DNA of 64,000 nucleotides from an uncultured Gammaproteobacteria bacterium (GCA_964445095.1 CAYUJR010000002.1:5176-69175); one strand, 5' to 3'; positions 38,082 through 48,782 are shown, numbered from the stretch's first letter. The notes: generated from the letters alone by a model not told the origin. Numbers and translations: made by a program.

Positions 38082-38610
38082 AAGAACTCAAGGGCCAATA
38101 GACGATAAATGATCGGCCAATTATTTGCTCCCTTTTAACAAAACCCCATTCGCGAGAATCAGAACTATTGGTTCTGTTGTCTCCCAAGACAAAATATGAA
38201 CCTGCGGGAACTGTATATTCTACCCCCTCTTTAATAGTTGAACCAGAATATGTTTTGATATCTGCCGGAAGGTATTGTTCAATGAGCAGCTGGCCATTGA
38301 TAAAAACCCGGCCTTTTTCAATTTTTACTTGATCGGCGGATTTAGCAATAATTCGTTTAATGTAGTCACGTTCTAGATTATTGGGAGCTTTAAAAACAAT
38401 GACTTCCCCTACTTGAGGAGGACGAAGTCTATAGGAAATTTTGTCGGTTAAAATATATTCTTTATTATGGAAGTTGGGAAACATGGAGTCGCCTACTACC
38501 TGATGTGGTTGGGCAAAAAGCCAATAGATGAGAGCAAAAATTGCCGCGGCCGTAACGATGGTTTGCAGGCTGTCTGCTAAAAAAGAACCAATTCTACGGG
38601 TCAGCGGCAT
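38050..38610 (-). CDS. lepB: Signal peptidase I
   Basis: GDSMFP, YIKRII, LGDNR..SSDSREWG. Confidence 0.96.
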   Translation of the reverse strand: MPLTRRIGSFLADSLQTIVTAAAIFALIYWLFAQPHQVVGDSMFPNFHNKEYILTDKISYRLRPPQVGEVIVFKAPNNLERDYIKRIIAKSADQVKIEKGRVFINGQLLIEQYLPADIKTYSGSTIKEGVEYTVPAGSYFVLGDNRTNSSDSREWGFVKREQIIGRSFIVYWPLSSFKIVGAEKTF

Positions 38611-38617
38611 ATTAAAA

Positions 38618-39775
38618 TTATTGTTTCAGATTGACTGGTCGTGTGTCAAGGACAAAACCGCTACGAAGAATATCTGAACCATATTTTCTTTTTAGCATCA
38701 GAATAGTTTTTACTCGCGGTATTAAATTATTTTCTTTTTTGAGTTTTGATGTCCTGACGCCTAGCAGGCGAACTTTAGTTTTTTTATCCCAGGCTGTATT
38801 AAATAATTCTACTGCCTGATGATACAGTTCGCTAGGATTTTTGGGAAAATCAGAGATTGTTTTACTTTTTTGTTTATCGGTAAAGTTGGGATAGCGAAGT
38901 GATATCCCCACGCATCCGGCGGTTAAATTTTTATCCAGTAATTCATAAAATACTTCGTCACATAATTGAAAAAGAATAGAGTTGATATGGCTGGCGTTAT
39001 TAGTATTTTTTGCTAAGGTAGTTGAGCGGCCGATGCTTTTTATTTCTGCTCTTTCTCCAAACCAGATATTGTCAATTCCGCAAGCCGCCAGGTACAGATT
39101 ATATCCAAATTTACCCAAAAGATTTGTTAGTTTAATCTCATTCTTTACCAAATCGGCGATTATTTTAATGCCGTTATTCCCTAGAACTATTTGTGTTTTG
39201 GGACCAACTCCGGGTAAATACTCAACAGGTAGAGGATGGACAATTCTTTTAATATCTTCTTTGCCAATAGTAAATAATCCATTTGGTTTACCTAGGTTAC
39301 AGGCAATTTTAGCCAGTATTCTAGAAATAGATAACCCTATAGAAACCGGTAGACTGACCTGGTTTTGAACTTGGCGGCGTATTTTCTCACACAGTATTTT
39401 TGTATCGGGGTATAATTCTTGGCATCCAGTAAAGTCCAGGAAACCTTCGTCTAAGCCGGTTTGTTCAAGCTTAGGAGTAAACCTTTTTATAATTGTTAAA
39501 ACCATCGCCGAATGAGCTTGGTAGGCAGAAAAATTTCCCCCCACGTAAATCCCTTGTGGACATAAAATTCTCGCTTGGTAGACAGGCATTCCAGATTTAA
39601 CTCCGTAGCTTCGGGCTTCATAAGAAGCAGTTGAAACAACGCCGCGGTTAACATTTTGACCTTGAGGATCAACTCCACAGACAATAACTGGTTTACCGCG
39701 CAGTCTGGGGTTTAGTTTTTGTTCAACCGAAGCAAAAAAGGCATCTAAATCAAAATGAGCAATGGGCAGAAACAT
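38618..39775 (-). CDS. dinB: DNA polymerase IV
   Basis: HFDLDAFFASVE, SYEAR.YG, GLDE..LD, AKIA....KP.G, GVG. Confidence 0.93.
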   Translation of the reverse strand: MFLPIAHFDLDAFFASVEQKLNPRLRGKPVIVCGVDPQGQNVNRGVVSTASYEARSYGVKSGMPVYQARILCPQGIYVGGNFSAYQAHSAMVLTIIKRFTPKLEQTGLDEGFLDFTGCQELYPDTKILCEKIRRQVQNQVSLPVSIGLSISRILAKIACNLGKPNGLFTIGKEDIKRIVHPLPVEYLPGVGPKTQIVLGNNGIKIIADLVKNEIKLTNLLGKFGYNLYLAACGIDNIWFGERAEIKSIGRSTTLAKNTNNASHINSILFQLCDEVFYELLDKNLTAGCVGISLRYPNFTDKQKSKTISDFPKNPSELYHQAVELFNTAWDKKTKVRLLGVRTSKLKKENNLIPRVKTILMLKRKYGSDILRSGFVLDTRPVNLKQ

Positions 39776-39864
39776 AGTAAGTTTATATTTCCATAAAAAA
39801 TCCGAAAAGTCAATCGGTAAATTGAGGTTACCTGGCTATTTATGTTAAAATACTAAAAAAAGAT

Positions 39865-39936
39865 GGACTCGTAGCTCAGCGGTAGAGCGCTGCATTCACA
39901 TTGCAGATGCCAGAGGTTCAAATCCTCTCGAGTCCA
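39865..39936 (+). tRNA. tRNA-Val (anticodon CAC)
   Basis: Acceptor stem GGACTCG/CGAGTCC, D arm TAGCTCAGCGGTAGAGC, anticodon stem CTGCA/TGCAG with loop TT-CAC-AT, T arm GGTTCAAATCC; CCA not fully encoded. Confidence 0.95.
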
Positions 39937-39946
39937 CCCGCGCTTT

Positions 39947-40936
39947 ATGAAGATTGTTTTTCTCTGCCGCTTTTCTGCTTATAGAGTTGGTGGTGTGGAA
40001 ACGCATGTAAAAAAAGTTGCCGCCGGGTTAGAAAATAAGGGCCATACAGTTAATATTATCAGTAACATCAAATATCCGAAGATAAAATTTTTAGGGTTAC
40101 TGGTCATTTGGTGGCAGTTATTAAAAACATTTAAAGTTATTAAAACGGCTGATGTCGTTCATGTTCATGACGTTTTTATCTGGTATCTGCCGCTTCGTTT
40201 TCTATTCCTCAAAAAGCCTGTTTTTATTACTTTCCATGGCTATGAGACCAAATTTCCTCCTTCAAGATGGTCAATATTAATTAGAAAAATTAGCGAGAAA
40301 TTATCTTGGGGAAATATTTGCGTTGGTGATTATATTAAAAAATGGTATGGGACAAAGCCGACTTACACCACCTATGGTGGCGTAAGAATACTACCAATAA
40401 ATACCAATACTACAAATACTACCAATAAAAATAATAAACTCAAAATTTTATTTATTGGAAGATTAGAGAAGGATACGGGAGTTAATATTTATTTACAAGT
40501 CTTAAAGATTCTTAAGAAGAAAAGAATTAGGTTTGAGTTTGAAGCCTGTGGAGATGGACAGTTGCGGAGTGAGGTAGAAAAAATTGGCCAAGTCCATGGT
40601 TTTGTCAAAGATATATCTTTCTATTTAGCGAGGTCGGACCTGGTTTTTAGCTCGTCTTATCTTTCTATTTTAGAAGCAATGGTGAATAAAAAGCTGGTCT
40701 TTGCAGTTTTTAATAATCCGCTTAAAGAAGATTATCTCAAAATGACTTCTTTTGCTCAATGGATAATTATTGAAAATTCGTCGATTAAGTTGGTCAAAAA
40801 AATGCAATACTACTTAAGTCATAAAATTACCCGAGAAAAATTAACAAACAGGGCTTATCAGTGGGTCAAAAGTCAAACATGGGAGGAGGTCGTAAAAGTT
40901 TATGAAAGTTTCCATAGTGGTTACGGTCTTAAATGA
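39947..40936 (+). CDS. Glycosyltransferase family 4
   Basis: GGVETHV, ITFHG, LFIGRLEKD.G, LEAM. Confidence 0.88.
   Translation: MKIVFLCRFSAYRVGGVETHVKKVAAGLENKGHTVNIISNIKYPKIKFLGLLVIWWQLLKTFKVIKTADVVHVHDVFIWYLPLRFLFLKKPVFITFHGYETKFPPSRWSILIRKISEKLSWGNICVGDYIKKWYGTKPTYTTYGGVRILPINTNTTNTTNKNNKLKILFIGRLEKDTGVNIYLQVLKILKKKRIRFEFEACGDGQLRSEVEKIGQVHGFVKDISFYLARSDLVFSSSYLSILEAMVNKKLVFAVFNNPLKEDYLKMTSFAQWIIIENSSIKLVKKMQYYLSHKITREKLTNRAYQWVKSQTWEEVVKVYESFHSGYGLK
40387..40427 (+). repeat. ~9-bp tandem repeat (AATACTACC-like) inside GT4 gene
   Basis: Encodes ILPINTNTTNTTNK in the interdomain linker. Confidence 0.65.
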
Positions 40937-41834
40937 AGAAGAGACAATAGGTGAGCTATTATCGTCAATACTTCAACAATCTGCGTTGCCAGATGAGGTG
41001 ATTGTTGTTGATGGAGGTTCAACTGACCTGACGGTCAGTAATATCAAATATCAAATATCAAATATCAAATATTTCAAAAGCAGATTAAGACCTTTTATTA
41101 AAAAAAGTAATAGGGCAATAGGTAGAAATTACGGGATTTCCAAGGCAAAAAATGAGATTGTCGCTCTCACCGACGCGGGATGCATTCTTGATAAAAATTG
41201 GTTAAAAAATATTACAACTCCATTCGAGAGTACAGAGGTCGATGTCGTTGCCGGATTTTATCAAGGATTACCGAAGAGTATTTTTGAAAAGTGTCTGGTG
41301 CCTTATGCTCTGGTTATGCCCGATAAGGTTAACCCCAAAACATTTCTGCCCGCTTCACGCTCGATGGCGCTGCGACGATCTATTTGGCAAAGGGCTGGTG
41401 GTTTTCCGGAAGAATTTTCAGATAATGAAGATTATGTATTTGCTCATAAATTAAAGAAAATGCATGCCAAAACTGTTTTTCAGAAAAAAGCGGTGGTTTT
41501 TTGGATGCCCAGAAAAAACTTGATAGAAGCTTTTATGATGTTTTTCAAGTTTGCTAAAGGGGATATGGAGGCCCAAATTGTCAGACCAAAGGTAGTATTA
41601 TTATTTCTGCGCTATATAATCGGACTGACTTTGGTTATACTGAGTATAGAAAGAATTTGGTTACCATCATATTTTTTAATACTAGTCACGGTTTATTTAT
41701 TTTGGGCAATTGGGAAAAATTATCGATATGTGGCTGACTGGCGAGCAATTTTTATCTTGCCACTTTTACAGCTAACAGCAGATACATCTGTTTTAACAGG
41801 AAGTATTTATGGGATATACAAAAGAGGCAATTAA
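40902..41834 (+). CDS. Glycosyltransferase family 2
   Basis: SIVVTVLNEE, VVDGGSTD, GRNYG, TDAG, GGFPE. Confidence 0.92.
   Translation: MKVSIVVTVLNEEETIGELLSSILQQSALPDEVIVVDGGSTDLTVSNIKYQISNIKYFKSRLRPFIKKSNRAIGRNYGISKAKNEIVALTDAGCILDKNWLKNITTPFESTEVDVVAGFYQGLPKSIFEKCLVPYALVMPDKVNPKTFLPASRSMALRRSIWQRAGGFPEEFSDNEDYVFAHKLKKMHAKTVFQKKAVVFWMPRKNLIEAFMMFFKFAKGDMEAQIVRPKVVLLFLRYIIGLTLVILSIERIWLPSYFLILVTVYLFWAIGKNYRYVADWRAIFILPLLQLTADTSVLTGSIYGIYKRGN
41040..41072 (+). repeat. (AATATCA)4 inside GT2 gene
   Basis: Four perfect heptamers encoding SNIKYQISNIKY. Confidence 0.95.
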
Positions 41835-43020
41835 GGGAATTTCCTGGGTGACTGCTTTTAGGGGAGTCTCCAGAGGAATAGCCTTTACGAGAACCATTAT
41901 TTTAGCCCGTCTTCTAACGCCGTCTCAATTTGGACTGGTCGGTATAGCTACCATTATTTTGGGATTAGTCGAGATGTTGACTGAAACAGGAATTAACATT
42001 TTCCTTGTCCAAGAGAAGAAAATCGACAAATTTTTGGATACAGCCTGGATAATATCTATTATTCGCGGTTTTATTATAGCCATTTTAATTGCCGCAACAG
42101 CTCCTTTAGTTGCTAAATTTTTCAATAGTACCGAGAGTTATCAGTTGCTGTTACTCATCAGTCTGGTTCCTATTATTAGAGGTTTTATTAATCCCGCTAT
42201 AGTTAGCTTTCAAAAAGAACTAGCTTTTGATAGGGAGTTTTGGTTTCGTTTATCTATATTTCTAGTTGATTCGCTGACCGCAATTATTCTAACCTTTATC
42301 ACGCGCTCCGCCACCAGTCTTATTTTCGGTTTTATAATAGGTGCTTTAGTAGAAGTCGCGTTATCATTTCTAGTAGTTTTACCAAAACCCGTATTCCGTT
42401 TTAACCTTTCTCATGCGGGAGAAATTTTTCATAAGGGTAAGTGGGTAACAGCTTTCTCGCTTACCAACTACGCCTTTCAAAATGGAGATAGTGCCGTAAT
42501 TGGTAGATTATTAGGCTCTTTTTCTCTTGGTCTTTATCAGGTCGGTTATAAATTAGCCAATATCCCAACGGAAGTGGTAGATAGCATCTCGCGGGTAACC
42601 TTTCCGGTCTATACCAAGATAGCCGGAGACAAAACTAGGCTAAAACGGGCGTTTTTTAGAACCATCGCCGGGGTGGCTATTCTGACTATTCCCTTCGGCA
42701 TTATTCTATTTTTATTTACCAGAGAGCTTGTTTTATTGTCGTTGGGAGAAAAATGGTTAGAAGTGGTGCCGACTCTTAAAATATTGGCTATTTTTGGAGT
42801 GGTGCGGGCAATTTACGCTTGCGCCTCACCTCTTTTTTTATCGGTCAAAAAACAAAAATATGTGACAGTAGTTACTTTGGTTAGTTTCGGGGGATTGATA
42901 ATTTCCATTATTCCTTTAATATCTCGCTTTGGCATTATCGGAGGAGCACTGTCAGCATTAACCGGCGTCACGCTCGCTTTACCCTTGACTATTTATTTTT
43001 GCTGGAGAATTCTTAAATGA
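41809..43020 (+). CDS. Wzx-type oligosaccharide flippase
   Basis: ILARLLTP..FG, IG..LG...LG.Y, polytopic membrane profile. Confidence 0.9.
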   Translation: MGYTKEAIKGISWVTAFRGVSRGIAFTRTIILARLLTPSQFGLVGIATIILGLVEMLTETGINIFLVQEKKIDKFLDTAWIISIIRGFIIAILIAATAPLVAKFFNSTESYQLLLLISLVPIIRGFINPAIVSFQKELAFDREFWFRLSIFLVDSLTAIILTFITRSATSLIFGFIIGALVEVALSFLVVLPKPVFRFNLSHAGEIFHKGKWVTAFSLTNYAFQNGDSAVIGRLLGSFSLGLYQVGYKLANIPTEVVDSISRVTFPVYTKIAGDKTRLKRAFFRTIAGVAILTIPFGIILFLFTRELVLLSLGEKWLEVVPTLKILAIFGVVRAIYACASPLFLSVKKQKYVTVVTLVSFGGLIISIIPLISRFGIIGGALSALTGVTLALPLTIYFCWRILK

Positions 43021-43766
43021 TAAGCGCTGTTATTTTAACAAAAAACGAAGAAAAAAATATTGAAGTTTGCTTGAAGAGTCTGGATTTTTGCGATGAGATA
43101 ATCGTGATTGATGATAATTCTGCAGATAAGACGGTGGAGTTAGCAAAAAAATCAAAAGCAAAAGTATTTGCTAGGACGCTTAATAATGATTTTTCTCGTC
43201 AAAGAAATTTTGGATTAGAAAAAGCCCACGAGGAATGGGTATTATTTATTGACGCCGATGAAAGAGTATCTCCATCGCTTTGCGATGAAATAACCCAATT
43301 AACTAATAACCCAATAACCCAATGTAATGGATTCTATATCAAGAGACGAGATTTTATGTGGGAAAATGAGTTAAAGTATGGTGAGACTGGAGATATAAAA
43401 TTATTACGATTAGCCAGAAAGGAAGGGGGCAAATGGGAGGGGAGAGTTCATGAGAAATGGAAAGTTAAAGGTAAACTGGGTGAGCTGAAAAATCTCCTGC
43501 TTCATTATCCTCATCAAACAATTACGGAATTTTTGCGAGAGATAAATTTCTACACCGATATTCGAGCTCAAGAACTTTACGAAAAAGGGACCAGCGTATA
43601 CTGGTGGTCAATTATTCTTTATCCTAAGGTAAAGTTTTTCCGAAACTTTTTTGTCAAAAAAGGTTTTCTTGACGGACTGCCGGGGCTAATCCTGGCTCTA
43701 ATGATGAGTTTTCATTCATTTTTAGTTAGAGGCAAATTATGGTTAATGCAGCAAAAGAAAAACTAG
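43017..43766 (+). CDS. Glycosyltransferase family 2
   Basis: ILTKNEE, IDDNS.D.T, QRNFG, FIDADE, VHE, GFLDG. Confidence 0.92.
   Translation: MISAVILTKNEEKNIEVCLKSLDFCDEIIVIDDNSADKTVELAKKSKAKVFARTLNNDFSRQRNFGLEKAHEEWVLFIDADERVSPSLCDEITQLTNNPITQCNGFYIKRRDFMWENELKYGETGDIKLLRLARKEGGKWEGRVHEKWKVKGKLGELKNLLLHYPHQTITEFLREINFYTDIRAQELYEKGTSVYWWSIILYPKVKFFRNFFVKKGFLDGLPGLILALMMSFHSFLVRGKLWLMQQKKN
43289..43323 (+). repeat. 8-bp tandem repeat (AATAACCC-like x4) inside GT2 gene
   Basis: aataaccc aattaact aataaccc aataaccc encoding ITQLTNNPITQ. Confidence 0.85.
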
Positions 43767-44935
43767 TAATTATTCTTATTTTAACTTTGGCTTTAGGGCA
43801 GTTAGTTAGAATACCAATAGAATATCAAGGTCTGCAAAGTATTTATATTACTCCTTTTGATCTGATAGCCGTAATATTAGTGACGTTATGGATTATGAGT
43901 AAGCCAAATCTAGCGCAGGCAGAATTAGCTCAACCGATAGCGATTTTTGCCGGTCTGGCTTTGTTATCCCTAGTAGTTAACGCTAGGAATCTTTTATCAA
44001 ATGAGCTTATCGCCTCTTCTCTTTATTTTTTTCGTTGGTTAATGCTAACTTCTTTATATTTTATAGTAAAAGATTTTACTCTGCAATTTAAGAAAAGGTT
44101 GTTGGGGTGGCTAGTATTGAGCGGGATGTTAGTGGTTTTGGCGGGAATAATTCAATATTTTTTCTACCCTGATTTGCGAAATCTTTATTATGCCGGGTGG
44201 GATGAACATCTTTATCGTGTTTTTTCCACCTTTCTTGACCCTAATTTCGTCGGGGCATTTTTTGTGCTTAATTTTATTCTCATGTTAGTATTAGCTCTAC
44301 ACACCAGGAGTGTAGCCTGGAAATTTAGAATACTAGTTATTGGGGCAGTTTTAACTTTGGTGGCAATTTTACTAACACATAGCAGAAGTGCTTACGTGAT
44401 GTTTTTTGTTACCAATATAATGCTACTTTTACTTACTAAAAAAAAGATGCTTTTGATATTTATGGCGGTTTTTATTATTGGAATAATTCTTTTGCCAAAA
44501 AATTTACCCGGCGAGGGAGTTAATCTCGCTCGGACCGCCTCGGTTGCGGCTCGACAACAAAGCATGGAGCGGGCAGTAAAAATTTGGCAAGACCATCCGT
44601 TATTTGGCGTAGGATTTAATGCCTATCGATATGCACAAAAACAATACGGTTTTTTACCGGAGGATAATTGGCAGACGCTTCATTCCGCGGCAGGAACAGA
44701 TAATAGTTTTCTTTTTGTGGCTTCAACAACCGGAACAGTGGGTTTATTATCCTTTTTTTATTTATGGTACTGGGTAGTAAGACTTACCTGGCGGCAAAAA
44801 CAGAGGCAAATTTCCCAAGTTGTGCTGGTTTTGGTGGTGGGAATTTTAGTTAACAGTCTTTTTATAAATAGCCTTTTTTTTGAAAGTATACTGGCCTGGA
44901 TATGGATACTGGTGGGGATTAGGGAGAAAAATTGA
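43739..44935 (+). CDS. O-antigen ligase/oligosaccharyltransferase-like membrane protein (Wzy_C)
   Basis: R..STF.DPN..G, LT.SRSA, HPLFGVG.N, H.....NS.L. Confidence 0.85.
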   Translation: MVNAAKEKLVIILILTLALGQLVRIPIEYQGLQSIYITPFDLIAVILVTLWIMSKPNLAQAELAQPIAIFAGLALLSLVVNARNLLSNELIASSLYFFRWLMLTSLYFIVKDFTLQFKKRLLGWLVLSGMLVVLAGIIQYFFYPDLRNLYYAGWDEHLYRVFSTFLDPNFVGAFFVLNFILMLVLALHTRSVAWKFRILVIGAVLTLVAILLTHSRSAYVMFFVTNIMLLLLTKKKMLLIFMAVFIIGIILLPKNLPGEGVNLARTASVAARQQSMERAVKIWQDHPLFGVGFNAYRYAQKQYGFLPEDNWQTLHSAAGTDNSFLFVASTTGTVGLLSFFYLWYWVVRLTWRQKQRQISQVVLVLVVGILVNSLFINSLFFESILAWIWILVGIREKN

Positions 44936-45614
44936 CTTTTCTTTCCAAAGACGTTTCGTTGCCGGCCGGGTCAAGAGATTTTATATTAATGATATTTTCC
45001 CCATTAGTCAGTTTAAAGAGATAAGAAAATTTACCCTCGCTATCGACAATTGCCCGAAAGTCATTAACAGTCACGGTTGAGTCGACATCGGTTTTTCCTC
45101 TCACTTCAACCGTATTTTCTCCGCCGGCAAAGGATTGATTTGATGTTGGGTTGGTAACCTCAAGCATGGGCCCAGTATCATCAAAAATGACGGTTTGTTC
45201 CGGCGAAAAATCACTGGTATTATCGTTGTCGCGCGTCCTGGCTTTAATTGAATTCTGTCCGCTGTTAAGCTTAAGACTGGCAATTTCAAATTTACCAACG
45301 TGGTCTGATTTAATTGTATTGACAAGACTATTGCCCACAAAAACTTCTATTTCTTTATCTGTAATTGCTAAACCACTAATTTTGATGGTAGCGGAATTAG
45401 TAGCTATGGGGAGCGGGTCAAGCTGTGGCGGCTGGATAAATGATGGTTTATCAGATTGAGTTTGAATGTTTGACTGTCCAATTTGGGCAAGCAGCGGTAT
45501 ACCAAGTTTAAAAATGGCAATGATAATCAGAATAGTTCCGGCTACAGTCAATATAAAATTTCTTTTACTTTGCTTTTCTACTTTCCGTAGGATTCGCGAG
45601 CGATTGCGCCTCAT
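44919..45614 (-). CDS. Membrane-anchored Ig-like domain protein
   Basis: Basic N-terminus, one TM, two beta-rich repeats (TN...I.ISG, L..G.N.I, D.AGNET); start placed at ATG 45614. Confidence 0.8.
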   Translation of the reverse strand: MRRNRSRILRKVEKQSKRNFILTVAGTILIIIAIFKLGIPLLAQIGQSNIQTQSDKPSFIQPPQLDPLPIATNSATIKISGLAITDKEIEVFVGNSLVNTIKSDHVGKFEIASLKLNSGQNSIKARTRDNDNTSDFSPEQTVIFDDTGPMLEVTNPTSNQSFAGGENTVEVRGKTDVDSTVTVNDFRAIVDSEGKFSYLFKLTNGENIINIKSLDPAGNETSLERKVNFSP

Positions 45615-45619
45615 ATTAG

Positions 45620-47140
45620 CTACTCCCATTCCATGGTGGCTGGTGGTTTAGTAGTTATATCATACACTACCCGAGAAATTCCCTCAACCTCGCTGGTTAA
45701 GCGTGAGGTAATTTTTTGCAGCAGCTGGTAGGGAACTTTACCCCAGTCTGCCGTCATGCGATCTTTAGAAGTAACTAGGCGGAGTGCTACTACCTCGCCT
45801 AAAAAGCGGCCATCCCCCTTAACGGAAGTACTGTTAACTCCCGTAAGAACGGGAAAAGAATGAAGAAGTTTTTTATACCAACCGGCTTTTTTAACTTCCT
45901 CGACTACAATTTGGTCTGCTTGTTGAGCTAGTAAAAGACGAATAGGCGTAACCTCTCCCATAATGCGAATGGCAAAGCCGGGACCTGGATGTGGTTGTTG
46001 GTTTATTATTTCTGGAGGAATTGCCAATTTTTTGGCCAGCTGTCGGACTTGGTCGGTATACAAAAAGCGGATTGGTTCTAGTAATTTAAGTTTAAGATTT
46101 TTTGGTAGACCCCCTACATTATGATGAGACTTAATATTGACAGCATTTTTTGTTCCTTTACTTTCGATCACATCAGAGTAAATGGTTCCCTGGACTAAAA
46201 AGTCAACGTTTTTGTATCTTTTAATCACCTGCTGAAATAAATCGATGTAAAGCTTGCCAATGCGTTTTCGCTTTTCTTCCGGATCAGCTACTCCTTTCAG
46301 CGTTTTTAAAAAGACATCCTCTTTTTTAAGAATAATAGGTATGAGGTCAAGCTTACTTTGAAAAAAATCTTTTACTCTTTCGGTTGTACCTGTTCGCATT
46401 AGCCCACTGTCGACGTAGACTGGCAGGAGTCGCTTGCCAATAGCTCGAGCCACCAAGGTAGCGGCCACTGTCGAATCCAGTCCGCCTGACACTGCCGCCA
46501 GAGCCCGAGAGCTACCGACGTCTTTTTTAATTTTGTTGATAATACTCTGGAGATCGATAGAGTATTTAGTAGTGGTAACTTGACAAACGTGTTCTAAAAA
46601 ATTTTTTAAAATAAGCAGGCCGTGTTCCGTATGCTCAACTTCGGGATGGAATTGCACTCCATAAATTCGCCGTTGTTCGTTGGCCATGACCGTACCCTGG
46701 ATGCGGTCCGACTGACCAATAAAGCTAAAGCCGGGCGGGGGCAGAACTACCTCATCACCATGGCTCATCCAGATACGGGAGTGAGGGGAAATAGAATCTA
46801 GCAGAGGAGAAGAGAGATTAATTTTTAAGGTGGCTGGTCCATCTTCCCGCACTTTTCCCCGCCTAACTTTTCCTCTCAATAGATGAGCGATTAGTTGCTG
46901 GCCATAGCAAATTCCCAGAATGGGAATACCCAGGGTAAAAATTTTCCTCTCAAGGGTAGGTGCGCCTTTTTCATAGACCGAAGCAGGACCGCCGGATAAA
47001 ATAATTCCCTGGGGTTTTATTTTCTTGATTTGAGTTAAGGCTTGTTCCGGTTCAATAATAGAGACAGTTGCGCCTAGCTCTTTAATTCGGCGGGCGATTA
47101 AGTGGCAGGTTTGGGAACCAAAATCAACAACAACTATCAT
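45620..47140 (-). CDS. guaA: GMP synthase (glutamine-hydrolysing)
   Basis: DFGSQ, GICYG, QFHPEV, SGGLDS, IKSHHNVGGLP, KPPATMEWE; ATGA overlap with pyrG. Confidence 0.97.
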   Translation of the reverse strand: MIVVVDFGSQTCHLIARRIKELGATVSIIEPEQALTQIKKIKPQGIILSGGPASVYEKGAPTLERKIFTLGIPILGICYGQQLIAHLLRGKVRRGKVREDGPATLKINLSSPLLDSISPHSRIWMSHGDEVVLPPPGFSFIGQSDRIQGTVMANEQRRIYGVQFHPEVEHTEHGLLILKNFLEHVCQVTTTKYSIDLQSIINKIKKDVGSSRALAAVSGGLDSTVAATLVARAIGKRLLPVYVDSGLMRTGTTERVKDFFQSKLDLIPIILKKEDVFLKTLKGVADPEEKRKRIGKLYIDLFQQVIKRYKNVDFLVQGTIYSDVIESKGTKNAVNIKSHHNVGGLPKNLKLKLLEPIRFLYTDQVRQLAKKLAIPPEIINQQPHPGPGFAIRIMGEVTPIRLLLAQQADQIVVEEVKKAGWYKKLLHSFPVLTGVNSTSVKGDGRFLGEVVALRLVTSKDRMTADWGKVPYQLLQKITSRLTSEVEGISRVVYDITTKPPATMEWE

Positions 47141-48777
47141 AGACAATTTCGCAAGAATTCAATAAAAATTGGGTGAGGCGACAGCGGTCTGCTTTTATAT
47201 TCGGGATGTCCTTGAGTACCAAGATAAAAGGGGTGGTTGGGGATTTCGATAATTTCTGCCAAGTTTTCTACCACCGAGCGAGCAGAAATAATCAGGCCAT
47301 TTTTTTCAAAAAGAGAGGTAAACTTATCATTAAATTCATAGCGATGTCGGTGTCTCTCGCTGGTTAAGCCGGTCTTCTTGTTTAAGAACGCATCGTTCTT
47401 ATTATAAATATCCCAAGTTAGCGTCCCCCTTTTAACTACTGCCTGCCAGGCGCCCAGCCTCATGGTACCGCCATAAGCGCGATGTTCCATAAACTTTTTT
47501 TGGGCCGGCATCAGATGAATAACAGGATGAGAAGTTTTTGGATCGTTTTCCGTAGTGTTGGCATCCTCGAGGTTTAATACATCGCGAGCAAAAGAGATAA
47601 CTGCCAACTGCATGCCGTAGCAAAGACCTAAATAGGGGATTTTTTTATCACGGGCAAAGCCGGCGGCCTTAATCATTCCTTCCGCTCCTCGCTCTCCCCA
47701 GCCAATCGGTACAATTATGCCATCAACTTTTCCTAAAGACTCTTCTGGTTTAAACACTTTTTCTGCATCCACCCAGTGGGTTTTTAAATTGATGTTGTGA
47801 TATAGGGCGCCGTGAGACAGAGCGTCAAAAAGAGCGGCGTAAGAATCGCGTAACTGATAATTGCCAGTGCCAAAATATTTGCCGACAATGGCAATCTCGA
47901 CTGTTTTATTTTTTGGGCTGTTAATTTTTTCGACTAATTTTACCCAACTGGTTAAAGCCGGTTTTTTAAAAGGCAGGCCCAGTTTCCGGCAAATTTTGCT
48001 GTCTAAATTCTGCTCTCGCAGTTGTAGCGGAATTTTATAAACAGAGGAAACATCGGGGCTCGAAATAATATCATCTTCATGCATATTACAAAATAAGGCA
48101 AAGCGCTGCCTTCGGCGTAAATCTAAATACCGGTCAGAACGAGCGATGATAAAATCCGGTTGAATTCCCATAGAATTGAGCGTCTTGACAGACAGTTGGG
48201 TAGGTTTGGTTTTGGGCTCGCCCAGATGCGGCGGCGTCGGCACATAACTGACATGAACATGAATGACATCTCGGGGGTTTTTTAAGGTTAAAATTCTGGC
48301 AGCCTCATAGTATAAGGCATTTTGATATTCTCCCACGGTTCCGCCGAGTTCAATAATGACGATTTGCATACCTTTACCAGCCCGATTAATTCTTCTCTTA
48401 ATCTCGTCGGTAACATAGGGAATGGCCTCCACATCCTCCCCTTGATATTCAAAGGCCCGTTCTTTATCAATCACCGTTTTATAAATTTGACCCATGGTAA
48501 CAAAATTATTTTCTCCCATATTTTCATTAAGAAATTTTTCATAACTGCCAATATCCATGTCTGTTTCCGTACCGTCCTCGCATAGAAATGGGTCGCCATG
48601 TTCAATGGGGTTGATAGTACCGGCATCTAAATTTAGATAATTTTCAAACTTTACGGGGGCGATTTTAAATCCGGCACTTTTTAAAAGAAGTGCGATAGAG
48701 GCGGTGGTGATTCCCTTACCAATACCAGAGATTACTCCACCGGAAACAAAAATGTACTTAAGGTTTTCGCGCGGCAT
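47137..48777 (-). CDS. pyrG: CTP synthase
   Basis: GGVISGIGKG, P.EHG, KTKPTQ, GLCYGMQ, ERHRHRYE, HPEYKSRP. Confidence 0.97.
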   Translation of the reverse strand: MPRENLKYIFVSGGVISGIGKGITTASIALLLKSAGFKIAPVKFENYLNLDAGTINPIEHGDPFLCEDGTETDMDIGSYEKFLNENMGENNFVTMGQIYKTVIDKERAFEYQGEDVEAIPYVTDEIKRRINRAGKGMQIVIIELGGTVGEYQNALYYEAARILTLKNPRDVIHVHVSYVPTPPHLGEPKTKPTQLSVKTLNSMGIQPDFIIARSDRYLDLRRRQRFALFCNMHEDDIISSPDVSSVYKIPLQLREQNLDSKICRKLGLPFKKPALTSWVKLVEKINSPKNKTVEIAIVGKYFGTGNYQLRDSYAALFDALSHGALYHNINLKTHWVDAEKVFKPEESLGKVDGIIVPIGWGERGAEGMIKAAGFARDKKIPYLGLCYGMQLAVISFARDVLNLEDANTTENDPKTSHPVIHLMPAQKKFMEHRAYGGTMRLGAWQAVVKRGTLTWDIYNKNDAFLNKKTGLTSERHRHRYEFNDKFTSLFEKNGLIISARSVVENLAEIIEIPNHPFYLGTQGHPEYKSRPLSPHPIFIEFLRNCL

Positions 48778-48782
48778 GATTT

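Noticed and set aside
36940-38100. parS site or parA near parB
   Set aside because: No TGTTTCACGTGAAACA-like palindrome or Walker-A ATPase gene seen
39776-39840. LexA operator upstream of dinB
   Set aside because: No match to the ACTGACTA-N2-TAGTCAGT palindrome; only weak CCGA-N8-TCGG symmetry
39865-45000. tRNA-Val as integration site of a genomic island
   Set aside because: No integrase and no duplicated tRNA 3' end seen in the window
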